64,000 nt of DNA from NCBI GenBank assembly GCA_018266615.1, contig JAFEAB010000058.1, forward strand, positions 4,194 through 68,193, in the 5' to 3' direction. The notes beneath the pieces were generated by a model. It was not told where the DNA came from and did no database searches. It saw only the letters and a program-made list of their open reading frames with translations. Source of the stretch: Bacteroidota bacterium (GTDB taxonomy: Bacteria; Bacteroidota; Bacteroidia; Chitinophagales; Chitinophagaceae). Positions 11,114-21,996 of this stretch are shown piece after piece. Each line of letters begins with the position of its first letter. Position 1 is the first letter of the stretch. A program made the position numbers and the translations under genes.

Positions 11114-11482
11114 CTATTGTTCTTTAAACTGACCGAAATGCCAAAGTATGCCTGAGGGGTCATGAAGGTAACATTCGCTACCCCAATCAAAATGGCGAAC
11201 TGCTGTGAGCCGTACAAAGGGAAATTTCTCCTCTAACTTCAATTCAATCAGTTCATCCCAAAAGGAGAATATATTATCAACTTCCATAAAGACCATGGTA
11301 TTTTCCACCCAATCGGGGATATAACTATCCTGGAGATAAAAACTGAAACCCTGTAATCCGAAAACAGACAATACCGGGCTGAGTTCCGTTTCTTTGAATC
11401 CCATGGTCCGATAAAACCTTCGAGACACTTCAAAATCCCTGGCACCAATAAATGGCCTTATAGACCTGATTTCTGTTTGCAT
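11114..11482 (-). CDS. VOC (glyoxalase/bleomycin-resistance) family protein
   Basis: MQTEIRSIRPFIGARDFEVSRRFY... is typical of small VOC proteins. I prefer the internal ATG at 11482 over the ORF-track start at 11530. Confidence 0.65.
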   Translation of the reverse strand: MQTEIRSIRPFIGARDFEVSRRFYRTMGFKETELSPVLSVFGLQGFSFYLQDSYIPDWVENTMVFMEVDNIFSFWDELIELKLEEKFPFVRLTAVRHFDWGSECYLHDPSGILWHFGQFKEQ

Positions 11483-11793
11483 TTTCTTTCCTGAATTATT
11501 CCCCGCAATTAAGCAACTAAGGTGAAGCACGCTAAAAAATTACCTGCTTTTTCCAAAAGTAAATCCGGGCAAAAATACTAAACACAAATTGCCGAAAATC
11601 AATTTTAGCATTTATAAAAGAAAAAGCAAAACGGAAACCCGAAAATGAGAACAGGATGCATGCAGCACCAATATTTATCCTATTATTTCCCAAAATTCTC
11701 CATGCTTTCCAGCAACCAAAATGGAGAAAATATATCCATCCGGAACAGGATGGGAAGTGTATGTTTTTCTGCGAAAAGCCTAAACCCAAATTA

Positions 11794-12738
11794 TTAAGAA
11801 GATGCAATATTCAATTTCAACAAGTCATCTTTATCGAGTTGTAGGGAAACGGCGGAAATTATTACTTCCAATTGCTTAATTGAAGTGGCACTAACAATGG
11901 GCGCGGAAATGGTTGGCTGAGCCAATAGCCAGGCAAGGGCAATGGCTGCAGGCTTTGTGTTATGTTTTTGAGAAACTTCATCCAAGGCAGCTAAAACGGT
12001 TAATCCCTTTTCATTAAGGTATTTTTTGACGCCCTTTCCCCGAACACTTTTTTGGAGGTCTGCTTCGGATCGATACTTCCCTGTTAGAAAACCGGCTGCC
12101 AAAGACCAATATGGGAAAACGGAAAATCCAAATTTGTTCACCAATGGCGCATAGTCGTGCTCGTAATGCAGCCTTTCCACCAGGTTATATTGGGGTTGAA
12201 GGGCCACATATTTAGCATACCCATTCATTTCTGATGCCTCCATAGATTCGATCAATCTCTTGGGGGATACATTGGAAGCAGCAGGGTAGCGAATCATTCC
12301 TCTTTTCACCAATTGATCGAAGGCTTGCATGGTTTCTGCCACTGCTGTTTTCTCATCGTCAAAATGCGTGTAATACAAATCGATATAAGATGTTTGCAAC
12401 CTTTGAAGGGATTCTTCTGCGGAAGAAAGGATGTGGGCTGCACTGCTGTCAACCGGATGATTTTTGGTTTTTGATCCGGTTTTTGTGGCTATGATTATTT
12501 TATCCCGGTTTCCCCTGCTTTTCATCCATTTACCAAGGATGGTTTCAGATTGGCCTCCTACTCCATTCACCCACCAGGCGTAGGTGTTTGCCGTATCAAT
12601 AAAATTGAATCCTGCCGCAACAAATGCATCCAGGATAAGGAAAGATTCATTTTCATTAAGCGTCCACCCAAATACATTCCCCCCAAAACATATTCTTCCA
12701 ATTTTCAGGTTGGTATGGTTCAACGATCTCATTTGCAT
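11794..12738 (-). CDS. Aldo/keto reductase
   Basis: 314 aa. N-terminal LKIGRICFGGNVFGW and FIDTANTY motifs are characteristic of the AKR family. Confidence 0.9.
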   Translation of the reverse strand: MQMRSLNHTNLKIGRICFGGNVFGWTLNENESFLILDAFVAAGFNFIDTANTYAWWVNGVGGQSETILGKWMKSRGNRDKIIIATKTGSKTKNHPVDSSAAHILSSAEESLQRLQTSYIDLYYTHFDDEKTAVAETMQAFDQLVKRGMIRYPAASNVSPKRLIESMEASEMNGYAKYVALQPQYNLVERLHYEHDYAPLVNKFGFSVFPYWSLAAGFLTGKYRSEADLQKSVRGKGVKKYLNEKGLTVLAALDEVSQKHNTKPAAIALAWLLAQPTISAPIVSATSIKQLEVIISAVSLQLDKDDLLKLNIASS

Positions 12739-12904
12739 TATAAATACTTTTTAAACTTAACGGCACTGAGAAATAATTGTTCGGAGGCTGTGATCATTCT
12801 ATTCTATTTAAAAAATATGCCGGGAGGCGAAGAAGCGACCCGGCAATGCTCAATGTATGTAAAGGGTTAGTAGGATATGCCTCTAAAAGAGGCAACTGGA
12901 TTTA

Positions 12905-13699
12905 TTAAAAGTGTGCAATAAACATGGGTGTATCAATATTACGCAACAAAATATCGGCGGTACTCCTTTCGTTGGTAATCATTTTTCGGCCATAGGCACC
13001 CATCACAAGCAGGGAATTCTTTTTACCCACAAATTGCCGGAATAATTCAATTTCCGCCTCCTCCCCTTCACGGGCAGTAAAACTCAGGGAATTGTAATGG
13101 AATTTCAACAGGTCAATTAGTTTATTTTGACCCGGATTTTTTTCTGCGCCGGCAGGCAATATTTGAAGAACGGAAACAGGGGTCTCGCTAAAATCAGGGA
13201 AAAGGTAGGTAAACTGTTTAATGGCGTACATGCTGGTATCGGAGCCATCATAGGTAAATACAATCTCTTCGAGTTCATCAAATTTAACCGGAGCTACCAC
13301 CACAGGGCACTTGGCATCTGCCAGCACTTTCCTGACAAATGGCGAGAGGCCAAGCCCGAGGTTAACAGGAGAAAGACTGGCATCACAAACCAGAACATCT
13401 GCAAATCTTGTTTCCTCCTGAATCTCCTGCAGAATGTCATTTTTCAAAATTTGGATACTATGCTGGATGCCTTTCATGGTTGCTACCGATTGAAACTCGG
13501 TAATAGCAGCAGGGACTGTAATGGCCTGGGTTGCTACATCTTCATCTGAATTAAAGGCATCGAATGATGCCGTGTCGTTAGATCCGGAAAAAAACAGCCC
13601 TTTCAGGTGGAATCCTTTTCCTTTTCCAAGATAGTTCGCAAAATCGAGCGAATTTCTTGACAGAACCTGACTGGTGGAGAGTAATAATACCTTTCTCAT
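12905..13699 (-). CDS. Tandem universal stress protein (UspA-like) family protein
   Basis: 264 aa with two Usp-like halves. C-terminal LLVMGAYGR....ST....L...DTPMFIAH resembles the Usp ATP-binding tail. Confidence 0.55.
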   Translation of the reverse strand: MRKVLLLSTSQVLSRNSLDFANYLGKGKGFHLKGLFFSGSNDTASFDAFNSDEDVATQAITVPAAITEFQSVATMKGIQHSIQILKNDILQEIQEETRFADVLVCDASLSPVNLGLGLSPFVRKVLADAKCPVVVAPVKFDELEEIVFTYDGSDTSMYAIKQFTYLFPDFSETPVSVLQILPAGAEKNPGQNKLIDLLKFHYNSLSFTAREGEEAEIELFRQFVGKKNSLLVMGAYGRKMITNERSTADILLRNIDTPMFIAHF

Positions 13700-14036
13700 A
13701 GCTTTATATTATGATGTGAAAAATAAATTTGATCGATATAACTGATTAAAAAATTTCCATAAAACACCGCCAAATCCATCCCTGAATTTAAGAAATTCCG
13801 CTGATATAATTAAAAGATATTGGGTACGAAATCCCCGGAAATCAGGGCGGTTTTTATGTCCCTGGAATTATCCTGCAAGTTCGATAAATCAATCTTCGTG
13901 CCGAATGATAGGCATCACTCCAAAAAATGATTTTGGTTTAAATAAAAAAAGGGATACCCTAAAGAGAGTACCCCTGATATCTAACCTAAAAAATGGAAAA
14001 ATGTTAAATAGAAGGAAGAAAGAGAAGGAAATTCGG

Positions 14037-14378
14037 TTAAAGAAGCGCGTGAAGCACACAATAAATAATAATCAGAACTTCCACAGCCCATGCTCCAAAT
14101 AGTGCCGGAATAGTGACTTTGGTTGGCATCGCGGCAAGGTTCATAATTAACACGGGTACATTAATAGCGAGAATAATTAACCAAAGGAAAAAACTATTCC
14201 CACCCAACAGCATTACTGCAGCAGCCGTTAGCGGAATGGCGGCTCCAACCTGCACAAATAAGGCAACGGCAAGCCATAAAATCCGGTTATTTTTTTGAGA
14301 ATCAGACCAGGCTAAAAAACGGCCAAGCGCAGAATGATGTTGAACCTGATCTGGTGCGGAACTCATTTGATATGTCAT
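14037..14378 (-). CDS. Small integral membrane protein (hypothetical)
   Basis: 113-aa ORF with three hydrophobic helices. No recognisable family. Confidence 0.4.
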   Translation of the reverse strand: MTYQMSSAPDQVQHHSALGRFLAWSDSQKNNRILWLAVALFVQVGAAIPLTAAAVMLLGGNSFFLWLIILAINVPVLIMNLAAMPTKVTIPALFGAWAVEVLIIIYCVLHALL

Positions 14379-14536
14379 TTTAATTAATTTATAACCCTGT
14401 TATTACACAGATATGCTGCAATATAATAATGAAATCCGGATCAACGTCCATTTTCCACCAAAAAATAAAGCAGCGAACTGGTAACCATCCCTTTATAATA
14501 GACCCCTAATTACTTATTTTTGGGAAAACAGAACAT

Positions 14537-17305
14537 TTGAAAAAAATCCATCTTCTGGTCGCCTTCTTATGTACCATTTCCCATTTAAGCGCACAGCATT
14601 ACTGGCAGCAGGAGGTAGATTATAAAATAAAGGTTTCGTTAATCGACAGCACCCGAAGCCTGGATGCCAGCCTTGATTTCAGGTATAAAAATAACAGCCC
14701 CGATACCCTCCATTTTATCTGGGTACATCTTTGGCCCAATGCCTATAAAAACGACCGGACGGCCTTTTGCGACCAGCTACTGGAAGACGGAAATACGAGT
14801 TTCTATTTTTCGGATGAATCAAAAAGAGGATATATAAACAGGTTAAACTTTACCAGCGGCGGAGACGAGTTGAAAACCGAAGACCATCCCCAACACCAGG
14901 ACATTATAAAACTTCTGCTTCCGGCTCCCCTTCCTCCTGGCAAATCAATAGAAATTAGTACCCCCTTCAGGGTAAAACTTCCATTTGCCTTCTCCCGCAT
15001 GGGTTATTATGGGCCTTCTTTCCAGGTTACCCAATGGTACCCAAAACCGGCAGTTTACGACAAGAACGGATGGCATCCCATGCCGTATTTAAATAATGGG
15101 GAATTTTACAGCGAATTTGGAAGTTTTAATGTAACCATTTCAGTACCGGAAAAATATACCGTAGCTGCCACCGGAAATCTGATGTCGGAAAAGTTGTTAG
15201 ACGGAAAAAAGATATTGCAATTTGAAGAATCCAACATTCACGATTTTGCCTGGTTTGCTGATTCAACCTATTTAGTTAAAAAGGGCGAAACAGATGTTGA
15301 TGGAAAACCTGTTGCTATGGAGGTGTACTTCCATAAAAAATCAGAAAAAAAGTGGGATTCGGCCATTTCATTTATTCAACAGACCCTGTTTACAAGGGGA
15401 AAATGGATAGGCAATTATCCATACAAAACGGTGAAAGTGGTTGAAAGCCTTGTTCCCAATGCAGGCGGAATGGAATATCCAACCATCACCATAATAGCCA
15501 CTCCAACTGATAATGATGACCTGGCAAATCTTATTGGGCATGAGGTAGGCCATAATTGGTTCTATGGGATGCTGGGTACAAATGAAAGAATGTACCCCTG
15601 GATGGACGAAGGCATGAACAGCTATTTTGATACCCGTTATGAAGACTGGAGAAATTCACAATCGAAATCTCATTCAAAAAAAGTGAATTTATTTTTCCCG
15701 GATGATTCAGGCTTAGGAGAAATAGCGGCCCATACCCTTATTTCCATCAACAAAGACCAACCAATAAATACTCCATCTGAAAAGTTCAGTTTACTAAATT
15801 ACAATGCAATTGCCTATGGTAAAACATCAATATGGATGGCTTTGCTGGAAGAAAAGTTAGGAAGCCGGACTTTTGATGAGATGATCCAGGAATATTTTAA
15901 TACCTGGAAATTCAAGCACCCGCAACCTTCCGATTTCAAAACGATAGCCGCAAAGTACCTACACTCCGATACGGATTCAATCTTTGCTCTTCTTGATTCC
16001 CGGGGGTATATTAATAAGCCAAAAAGAAAAGGCCTTGCCTTAAGGCCCTTTATCGGATTCAGCAATACCGAATCCAGAAATAATATTTTCATTTCGCCGG
16101 CACTGGGTTACAATATTTACGATGGATGGATGGCAGGGGTCCTATTCCATAATTATACCTTGCCAGTAACCCGGTTCCGGTTCGTGGTTGCTCCCTTGTT
16201 TGCAACACAACCCCGCGAATTTAATTTCATTGGTAAAATTGGGTACCATTATTATTCCAAAAATGGAAGTCAGTTGGAGTTTAGTGTAAACGGAGCCAGG
16301 TTTACAATGAATAGTTTTAAGGATTCAACCGGAAAGAAAAATTTTCTTGGCTTCCAAAAAATTGTGCCTACACTGCGCTATAGCCTGGCCAACAAATCGG
16401 CGAGGAGCACCATGAAAAAATATATCCAATGGAAGACCTTCCTGATAAATGAAACAGGGATCAATTTCAGAAGAGATACGGTGATTCAGCAGGATGTAAT
16501 TACCTATCCCAAATCATCCCGATACCTGAACCAGCTCTCGCTGGTAGTAGAAAACAGCAGGGCGTTGTATCCTTACAGTGCTGTATTTCAGGCAGAGCAG
16601 GCCGATGGCTTCATCAGATTAAATCTTACCACTAATTATTATTTCAATTTTGCAAAAGGCGGAGGACTGAATTTCCGCTTCTTCGCCGGTAAGTTTATTT
16701 ATACCACAGAAAAGACTTCACTTACTCGTTATAAGACGGACCGGTTCCATTTAAATATGACAGGACCAAAAGGAGATGAAGATTATACCTACCACGATTA
16801 CTTTGTAGGACGAAACGAATTTGCATACACTGTTTATGATCCCAAAATTTCAACCACAAAAAATTTTACCCGTGGGCTTCCGGTTGCCCAAATCATGCAA
16901 CGGGATGGTTTCTTTAAAATCAGAACCGATCTCTTAAGCAATAAAATTGGTAAAACGGACGATTGGCTAACGGCAATCAACATAAGTTCAACCATCCCTA
17001 ATTCTGTAAACCCGTTGAGTTTACTCCCGTTCAAAATCCCTCTTAAAATATTTCTGGATGTAGGCACCTATGCCGGTGCCTGGGATAAGGATAACTCCAA
17101 TGGAAGGTTCCTGTATGATGCCGGATTGCAATTATCATTATTGAAAAATTCAATCAATATTTATTTCCCGATTTTGTACAGTAAGGTATACAAGGATTAT
17201 GTAAACTCCGTAATAGTAGATAAAAAGTTTCTTAAAAACATTTCCTTTAGTATAGACCTTCAAAATCTTGCCCTTAATAAATTATTTTCACTTAGCCCTT
17301 TCTGA
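14537..17305 (+). CDS. M1-family zinc metallopeptidase, secreted
   Basis: TTG start and a signal peptide. Gluzincin motif HEVGHNWFYG followed by WMDEGMNSY (HEXXH-X18-E). Confidence 0.85.
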   Translation: MKKIHLLVAFLCTISHLSAQHYWQQEVDYKIKVSLIDSTRSLDASLDFRYKNNSPDTLHFIWVHLWPNAYKNDRTAFCDQLLEDGNTSFYFSDESKRGYINRLNFTSGGDELKTEDHPQHQDIIKLLLPAPLPPGKSIEISTPFRVKLPFAFSRMGYYGPSFQVTQWYPKPAVYDKNGWHPMPYLNNGEFYSEFGSFNVTISVPEKYTVAATGNLMSEKLLDGKKILQFEESNIHDFAWFADSTYLVKKGETDVDGKPVAMEVYFHKKSEKKWDSAISFIQQTLFTRGKWIGNYPYKTVKVVESLVPNAGGMEYPTITIIATPTDNDDLANLIGHEVGHNWFYGMLGTNERMYPWMDEGMNSYFDTRYEDWRNSQSKSHSKKVNLFFPDDSGLGEIAAHTLISINKDQPINTPSEKFSLLNYNAIAYGKTSIWMALLEEKLGSRTFDEMIQEYFNTWKFKHPQPSDFKTIAAKYLHSDTDSIFALLDSRGYINKPKRKGLALRPFIGFSNTESRNNIFISPALGYNIYDGWMAGVLFHNYTLPVTRFRFVVAPLFATQPREFNFIGKIGYHYYSKNGSQLEFSVNGARFTMNSFKDSTGKKNFLGFQKIVPTLRYSLANKSARSTMKKYIQWKTFLINETGINFRRDTVIQQDVITYPKSSRYLNQLSLVVENSRALYPYSAVFQAEQADGFIRLNLTTNYYFNFAKGGGLNFRFFAGKFIYTTEKTSLTRYKTDRFHLNMTGPKGDEDYTYHDYFVGRNEFAYTVYDPKISTTKNFTRGLPVAQIMQRDGFFKIRTDLLSNKIGKTDDWLTAINISSTIPNSVNPLSLLPFKIPLKIFLDVGTYAGAWDKDNSNGRFLYDAGLQLSLLKNSINIYFPILYSKVYKDYVNSVIVDKKFLKNISFSIDLQNLALNKLFSLSPF

Positions 17306-17306
17306 T

Positions 17307-18209
17307 GTGAAAACAATCCTGCTAAAACATGACGAGGTGGATATTGAAAAGTGGGATGAATGCATTGCACAATCACCCAATGGATTAATTTATGCGGAAT
17401 CCCGATTTCTTAATCACATGTCGCCGGGATGGTATGGAATTGTTGCAGGAGATTACCAGGCTGTAATGCCACTATGCCAACGTACCAAGTTAGGGATAAG
17501 GTATCTGTATCAGCCTGCCTTTTGCCAGCAGGGTGGGATATTTTTTAAAGAGGGTAACCTCGGAGAATTGGAGGCAGCATTTCTTCCAATGATTAATTCT
17601 TTCTGCCGTTTTGGAGAAATCAACCTCAATTTTGCCCAAAAGAACTCTACCGTGTTTGAAACCGGGAAAGAACGAAATAATTTTTTGAGAGACCTTTCCT
17701 GCCAGTCATTAAATGAATACATCAATACGCGGCTGAAAAGGCTGAAAAAATATGATTTGCAGTATCATGTTTCAGATAATGCCGAAGAAATAATTTCAAG
17801 CTACCGGCAATTATATTTAAATCGAATAAAATCCATAAAGAATAGAGATTTTGAAAATTTTCATCGCCTATCCGAACAAATGCAACGGAATAATCGGGTT
17901 ATTATTCGTAAGGTCACCCATTCGGGCGACAACAAAGTATTCGCTTCCTGCCTGTTATTAACAGATAGCCGGAGGATTTACAACATCATCAATAACCTCA
18001 TGCCTGAAGGAAGGAAAAGCCTTGCAAATTATTTTCTCTTCCAACAATTATTTCTGGAGTTTAAAGACTCCGGAAAGATATTTGATTTTGAGGGTTCCGA
18101 CCTGAAGGGTGTGGGTTACTTTTATGAAAAATTTGCAACCCGGAACGAGCCCTATTTTCCATATCGGTTCAATAATTTACCCAAAGCCATCCGGTGGGTA
18201 AAAGACTAA
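17307..18209 (+). CDS. FemAB/GNAT-fold-like acyltransferase family protein (hypothetical)
   Basis: The ORF track gives 17268-18209. A GTG at 17307 lies immediately after the peptidase stop (TGA 17303-17305). Weak resemblance to GNAT/FemAB-like proteins. Confidence 0.45.
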   Translation: MKTILLKHDEVDIEKWDECIAQSPNGLIYAESRFLNHMSPGWYGIVAGDYQAVMPLCQRTKLGIRYLYQPAFCQQGGIFFKEGNLGELEAAFLPMINSFCRFGEINLNFAQKNSTVFETGKERNNFLRDLSCQSLNEYINTRLKRLKKYDLQYHVSDNAEEIISSYRQLYLNRIKSIKNRDFENFHRLSEQMQRNNRVIIRKVTHSGDNKVFASCLLLTDSRRIYNIINNLMPEGRKSLANYFLFQQLFLEFKDSGKIFDFEGSDLKGVGYFYEKFATRNEPYFPYRFNNLPKAIRWVKD

Positions 18210-18370
18210 TTGGCGGAGACGTGGTGGGAGGATAAGAATAAATTATCATAAAAAGACCTGGCATTTAAATAATACCACCGAAAGTGAAAGAATACAAAAA
18301 TTGGGAATTTATACAACTCCCGGAATAATAAATTTTTGTGGCGATTTTGCAAAAGGATCCAAATTTCACA

Positions 18371-18440
18371 AACCAGTTTTCTGCCCCCACCCCGGGGGTA
18401 AAAATAGGGAGAAAAAAAGCACAGCAATCCATTTTTAACT
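18371..18440 (-). repeat. Dispersed promoter-like/GC-hairpin repeat, copy R1
   Basis: Core GCCCCCACCCCGGGGGTAAAAAT at 18383-18405. Minus strand reads TTG-N18-TATTTTTA-CCCCCGGGGTGGGGGCAG. Confidence 0.7.
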
Positions 18441-18638
18441 AAAGAAACTTCAGCGAGATCGTATATATATTCTGTTTGAAAAGCCGCCGTTCATTTAGAT
18501 GGAAGGCATAAAAAATTGACTGTTACCGCACAATCAGGATAAAAATACGAATGCCCTGGAATGAAGGCGATTCAACTTAAATTCAAATAATGGATAACCA
18601 GTGGAAATGCATTGCCCCCACTGGCAAATTAAAATTTG

Positions 18639-19136
18639 CTATTCCTCGGACAACATTGGTTCATACCCCGATTGCTGGTGAAAAAATTGAATGGCTTCAA
18701 TGATTTCTTCTTCCGATTTATTCTGTGTATTTCCCAATTTAATTTTGATGATAAATGAATTAGGGGCATTGGGTTTAAAATACTCCATCATCAAAACAAA
18801 ATTATCCGAAATGCGAAATGCCTTTTCTTCCTCCACATATTTAACAGAAATAAAATGTTTCCAATCTGTAATTAATCGCCCTAAATAATAGAACCCTCCT
18901 GCATTAATTTCAATAATTAATTTATGCCTCCTGGCTTTTACAAAGAAAAAAACGGCCGGAAACAGTGTGAGTAAGAAGGCAATATGTGGCGAGGAAAGGG
19001 AAAAATTTTTAAAATCGATTGTAAACAAAGTGGAGAAAAAGATCACCAGGAAAATTAACCCGAATACAATATTCACGCCCCGGGATTCATGCACTGTAAA
19101 ACTACCATTGGGATCCAGTTCCTGTTTTCTGCCCAT
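18639..19136 (-). CDS. Hypothetical membrane protein
   Basis: 165-aa ORF with two N-terminal hydrophobic helices. No recognisable family. Confidence 0.4.
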   Translation of the reverse strand: MGRKQELDPNGSFTVHESRGVNIVFGLIFLVIFFSTLFTIDFKNFSLSSPHIAFLLTLFPAVFFFVKARRHKLIIEINAGGFYYLGRLITDWKHFISVKYVEEEKAFRISDNFVLMMEYFKPNAPNSFIIKIKLGNTQNKSEEEIIEAIQFFHQQSGYEPMLSEE

Positions 19137-19243
19137 GTTGCTAATTTCGTGAAAATCGGCCTATTTATGTAATTGGCAGGAAGGGATTTTTCACCCTATG
19201 ATAGGTTAACTTTAAAAGCTACCACCAACCTCCTGTATTTTAC

Positions 19244-19918
19244 TCACCTGGTATTGAGGATATATTCTGCCAGGAAAAGGTCCGCGGGATGCGTAATTTT
19301 AATATTCTCCTCTTCTCCTTCAATCAGGTAAAGTTTTAATCCAAAGGACTCCACTACGGAGGCCTCATCTGTAAACTTATCTTTATAATCAATCTGAAAG
19401 GCAGGCAATAAAATCTTGCTATAAAAAGTTTGTGGAGTCTGAACTAATTTCACCATTTCTCTTCGTAACATTTCATTTCCTTCATCGGTAAGAATACGAA
19501 CACTGTCTTTACAGGCTATCACCGGAACTGCAGAACCAAAACTCAGTGTCGCCTCAAAGCAATTCCGGATAAGCGTGGGGGTAACCAGACACCGAACGGC
19601 ATCGTGTACAAAAACCACACTTTCCTCCAATACAAGCCTTAAGCCATTTTGAACAGAATGAAACCGGGTCCTTCCACCAACGGTAATGGATACGCGTTGA
19701 TGATCAAAATAGGCATCAATTATTTCCTGGCCGGTACCGATGTGTTCTTCGGGTAAAACAAGAATAATTTGAATATCAGCAAAAGCATCAAAAAATGCTT
19801 TGAGCGTATAGTATAGAAGAGGTTTCCCGTTTAGAAGAAGGAATTGTTTGGGTGTAGTGGTTCCCATTCTGGTTCCCGCACCTCCTGCCACAATAACCGC
19901 ATATTTTGAAATATCCAT
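19244..19918 (-). CDS. ispD: 2-C-methyl-D-erythritol 4-phosphate cytidylyltransferase
   Basis: AVIVAGGAGTRMG...PKQFL..NGKPLL is the IspD signature. Length is 224 aa. Confidence 0.9.
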   Translation of the reverse strand: MDISKYAVIVAGGAGTRMGTTTPKQFLLLNGKPLLYYTLKAFFDAFADIQIILVLPEEHIGTGQEIIDAYFDHQRVSITVGGRTRFHSVQNGLRLVLEESVVFVHDAVRCLVTPTLIRNCFEATLSFGSAVPVIACKDSVRILTDEGNEMLRREMVKLVQTPQTFYSKILLPAFQIDYKDKFTDEASVVESFGLKLYLIEGEEENIKITHPADLFLAEYILNTR

Positions 19919-19939
19919 AAAAGGAAGACCTGATTAAAA

Positions 19940-20911
19940 TTAATCCTGGTATATACCCACGGCAAAATCGCCCTTACTGTTCTTCATCGCCCGGTACATT
20001 CCGGCACTGTTGAAAATCATGGAGATATTTCCCTGTGCGTCTACCCCAATCATTCCGCCTTCCCCTTCCATTTCAACCAGTTTTACCATTACTACTTCAT
20101 GCATGGCATCATGAAGCGAAAGGTTCTTATACTCCATCATCGCGCTAACATCATGAGCAGCTACCGCACAAATAAAGGGTTCTCCATGCCCGGTACAACT
20201 AATGGCGCAAGTTCCATTGTTGGCATAGGTGCCGGAACCAATCAATGGGCTGTCACCAATTCGGCCGTATTTTTTATTTGTCATCCCACCAGTACTGGTA
20301 GCCGCGGCAATATTTCCTTCGCTATCACAGGCAACGGCTCCAACCGTTCCAAATTTTTTATCTTTCATGAGTTCCTCCAGGCCCTGGTGGGTATGGTCGA
20401 GCGAATAATTATCGCTGTCTCGCATTACTTTCCACTGATCGTACCGGAATTGAGAAAAAAAGTATTCATCGGGCTCCAGTTTCACCCCTTGTTTTATGGC
20501 AAAATCGTTAGCCCCTTTTCCACTTAGGAAAACATGGTTGCTGTTTTTCATTACTTCGGCCGCCAGCTCAATCGGGTTCCTAACATTTCTAACTCCGGCT
20601 ATGGCTCCGGCGGCCAACTTTTTACCGTCCATAATAGCGGCATCCATCTCCTGAACGCCTTTTTTTGTAAATACGGATCCTCTTCCGGCATTAAAAAGCA
20701 AATTATCTTCCAATATTACCACCGCTGCCTTCACTGCATTAATGGCCGATCCGCCTTCTTCCAAAACGGCATAACCTGCATTTACCGCATCTTCCAGCCC
20801 ACGGGCATAAGCCTGTTCCAGGTCGCTTGTCATATCCGATTTGAGAATGGTTCCCGCACCGCCGTGAATGGCTATTGAAAATGGACGCATTTTTTTGGAA
20901 TTTGACTGCAA
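19940..20911 (-). CDS. Isoaspartyl peptidase / L-asparaginase (Ntn hydrolase)
   Basis: IAIHGGAG at the N-terminus and the autoprocessing site FGTVGAVA. Confidence 0.9.
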   Translation of the reverse strand: MQSNSKKMRPFSIAIHGGAGTILKSDMTSDLEQAYARGLEDAVNAGYAVLEEGGSAINAVKAAVVILEDNLLFNAGRGSVFTKKGVQEMDAAIMDGKKLAAGAIAGVRNVRNPIELAAEVMKNSNHVFLSGKGANDFAIKQGVKLEPDEYFFSQFRYDQWKVMRDSDNYSLDHTHQGLEELMKDKKFGTVGAVACDSEGNIAAATSTGGMTNKKYGRIGDSPLIGSGTYANNGTCAISCTGHGEPFICAVAAHDVSAMMEYKNLSLHDAMHEVVMVKLVEMEGEGGMIGVDAQGNISMIFNSAGMYRAMKNSKGDFAVGIYQD

Positions 20912-21000
20912 AATTACCTCCTTTACCTTCAGAGAATATCCATTCTTTTTGCCACCTATTTAAACAGGAACTAAAAAAACAGGAAAGGTTTTGGAATCCG

Positions 21001-21996
21001 TTAATTATGGGATGTAAGCAGCGTTTTACATTCTTTCAGCAAACGTTCCCTATTTATGGCTACCGTTCCTACTTCTTCACAAACTAAGCCTCCGGCAATA
21101 TTAGCCACCTCAGCCATTAGATTTACATTGCGGGTAGCGGCATAAAGAACGGAAGCTACCGCAATTACCGTATCGCCCGCTCCACTCACATCGGCAATGC
21201 TGCGTACATGGGTAGGAATTATCCGGCTGTGGGCCCCCTCCTGATAAAAAACACCCTTTTCGGAAAGGGTAATAAATGAAATTTTATGCCCCAACTTACT
21301 ATGTAACTGCTGGTGAATATGGTGCATAAATTCGGGCGTTACTTTATCCGCAATCAGGTTCAAACCTTGCCTCGCTTCCAGCAAATTAGGTTTAAAAATA
21401 TCTACCCCCCGGTATTCGAAAAAATTACTGCGTTTAGGGTCTACGGTGGTTATTACATCCTGGCTTTTACAAAGCGAAATTACTTCTGAAATTACTCTTT
21501 TACTCAACACCCCTTTATTATAATCTTCCAGAACCACTACCTGAGGAGATTTGGTTTTCAGGAATTGCGTAAACCTTTCAATTAATAAATTTTCATCTCC
21601 TTCGCTCAGCGGTTGAGTAATTTCCGCATCGAGGCGCATCATTTGCTGGTTACGGCTGATGACCCTGATCTTATTGGTTGTAATACGCGATGGGCTTTCT
21701 AATAAATATTGGGTTTGAATACCCTGGTTATCAAATAATGCCTTAAGCCTGGAAGCCTCTTCATCTTTTCCTGTAACACTAATTATGTGTACATCGGCCC
21801 CAAGTGCTTTTACGTTCAAGGCTACATTGCCGGCACCTCCAATTCTTTCTTCTTTTTTCGAAAGGGCAACAATAGGTACGGGCGCCTCGGGAGAAATCCG
21901 GTCCACTCCGCCCCACCAGTAAGTATCCAACATTACGTCGCCCACAACGGCCACCCGCAAATCTTTTATTGAATTGAAGAGTTTATCAAAATCCAT
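21001..21996 (-). CDS. PfkB-family sugar kinase, RfaE domain-I-like (heptose-7-phosphate kinase-like)
   Basis: VAVVGDVMLDTYWWG at the N-terminus and DVSGAGDTV (PfkB signature 2) near the C-terminus. Confidence 0.8.
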   Translation of the reverse strand: MDFDKLFNSIKDLRVAVVGDVMLDTYWWGGVDRISPEAPVPIVALSKKEERIGGAGNVALNVKALGADVHIISVTGKDEEASRLKALFDNQGIQTQYLLESPSRITTNKIRVISRNQQMMRLDAEITQPLSEGDENLLIERFTQFLKTKSPQVVVLEDYNKGVLSKRVISEVISLCKSQDVITTVDPKRSNFFEYRGVDIFKPNLLEARQGLNLIADKVTPEFMHHIHQQLHSKLGHKISFITLSEKGVFYQEGAHSRIIPTHVRSIADVSGAGDTVIAVASVLYAATRNVNLMAEVANIAGGLVCEEVGTVAINRERLLKECKTLLTSHN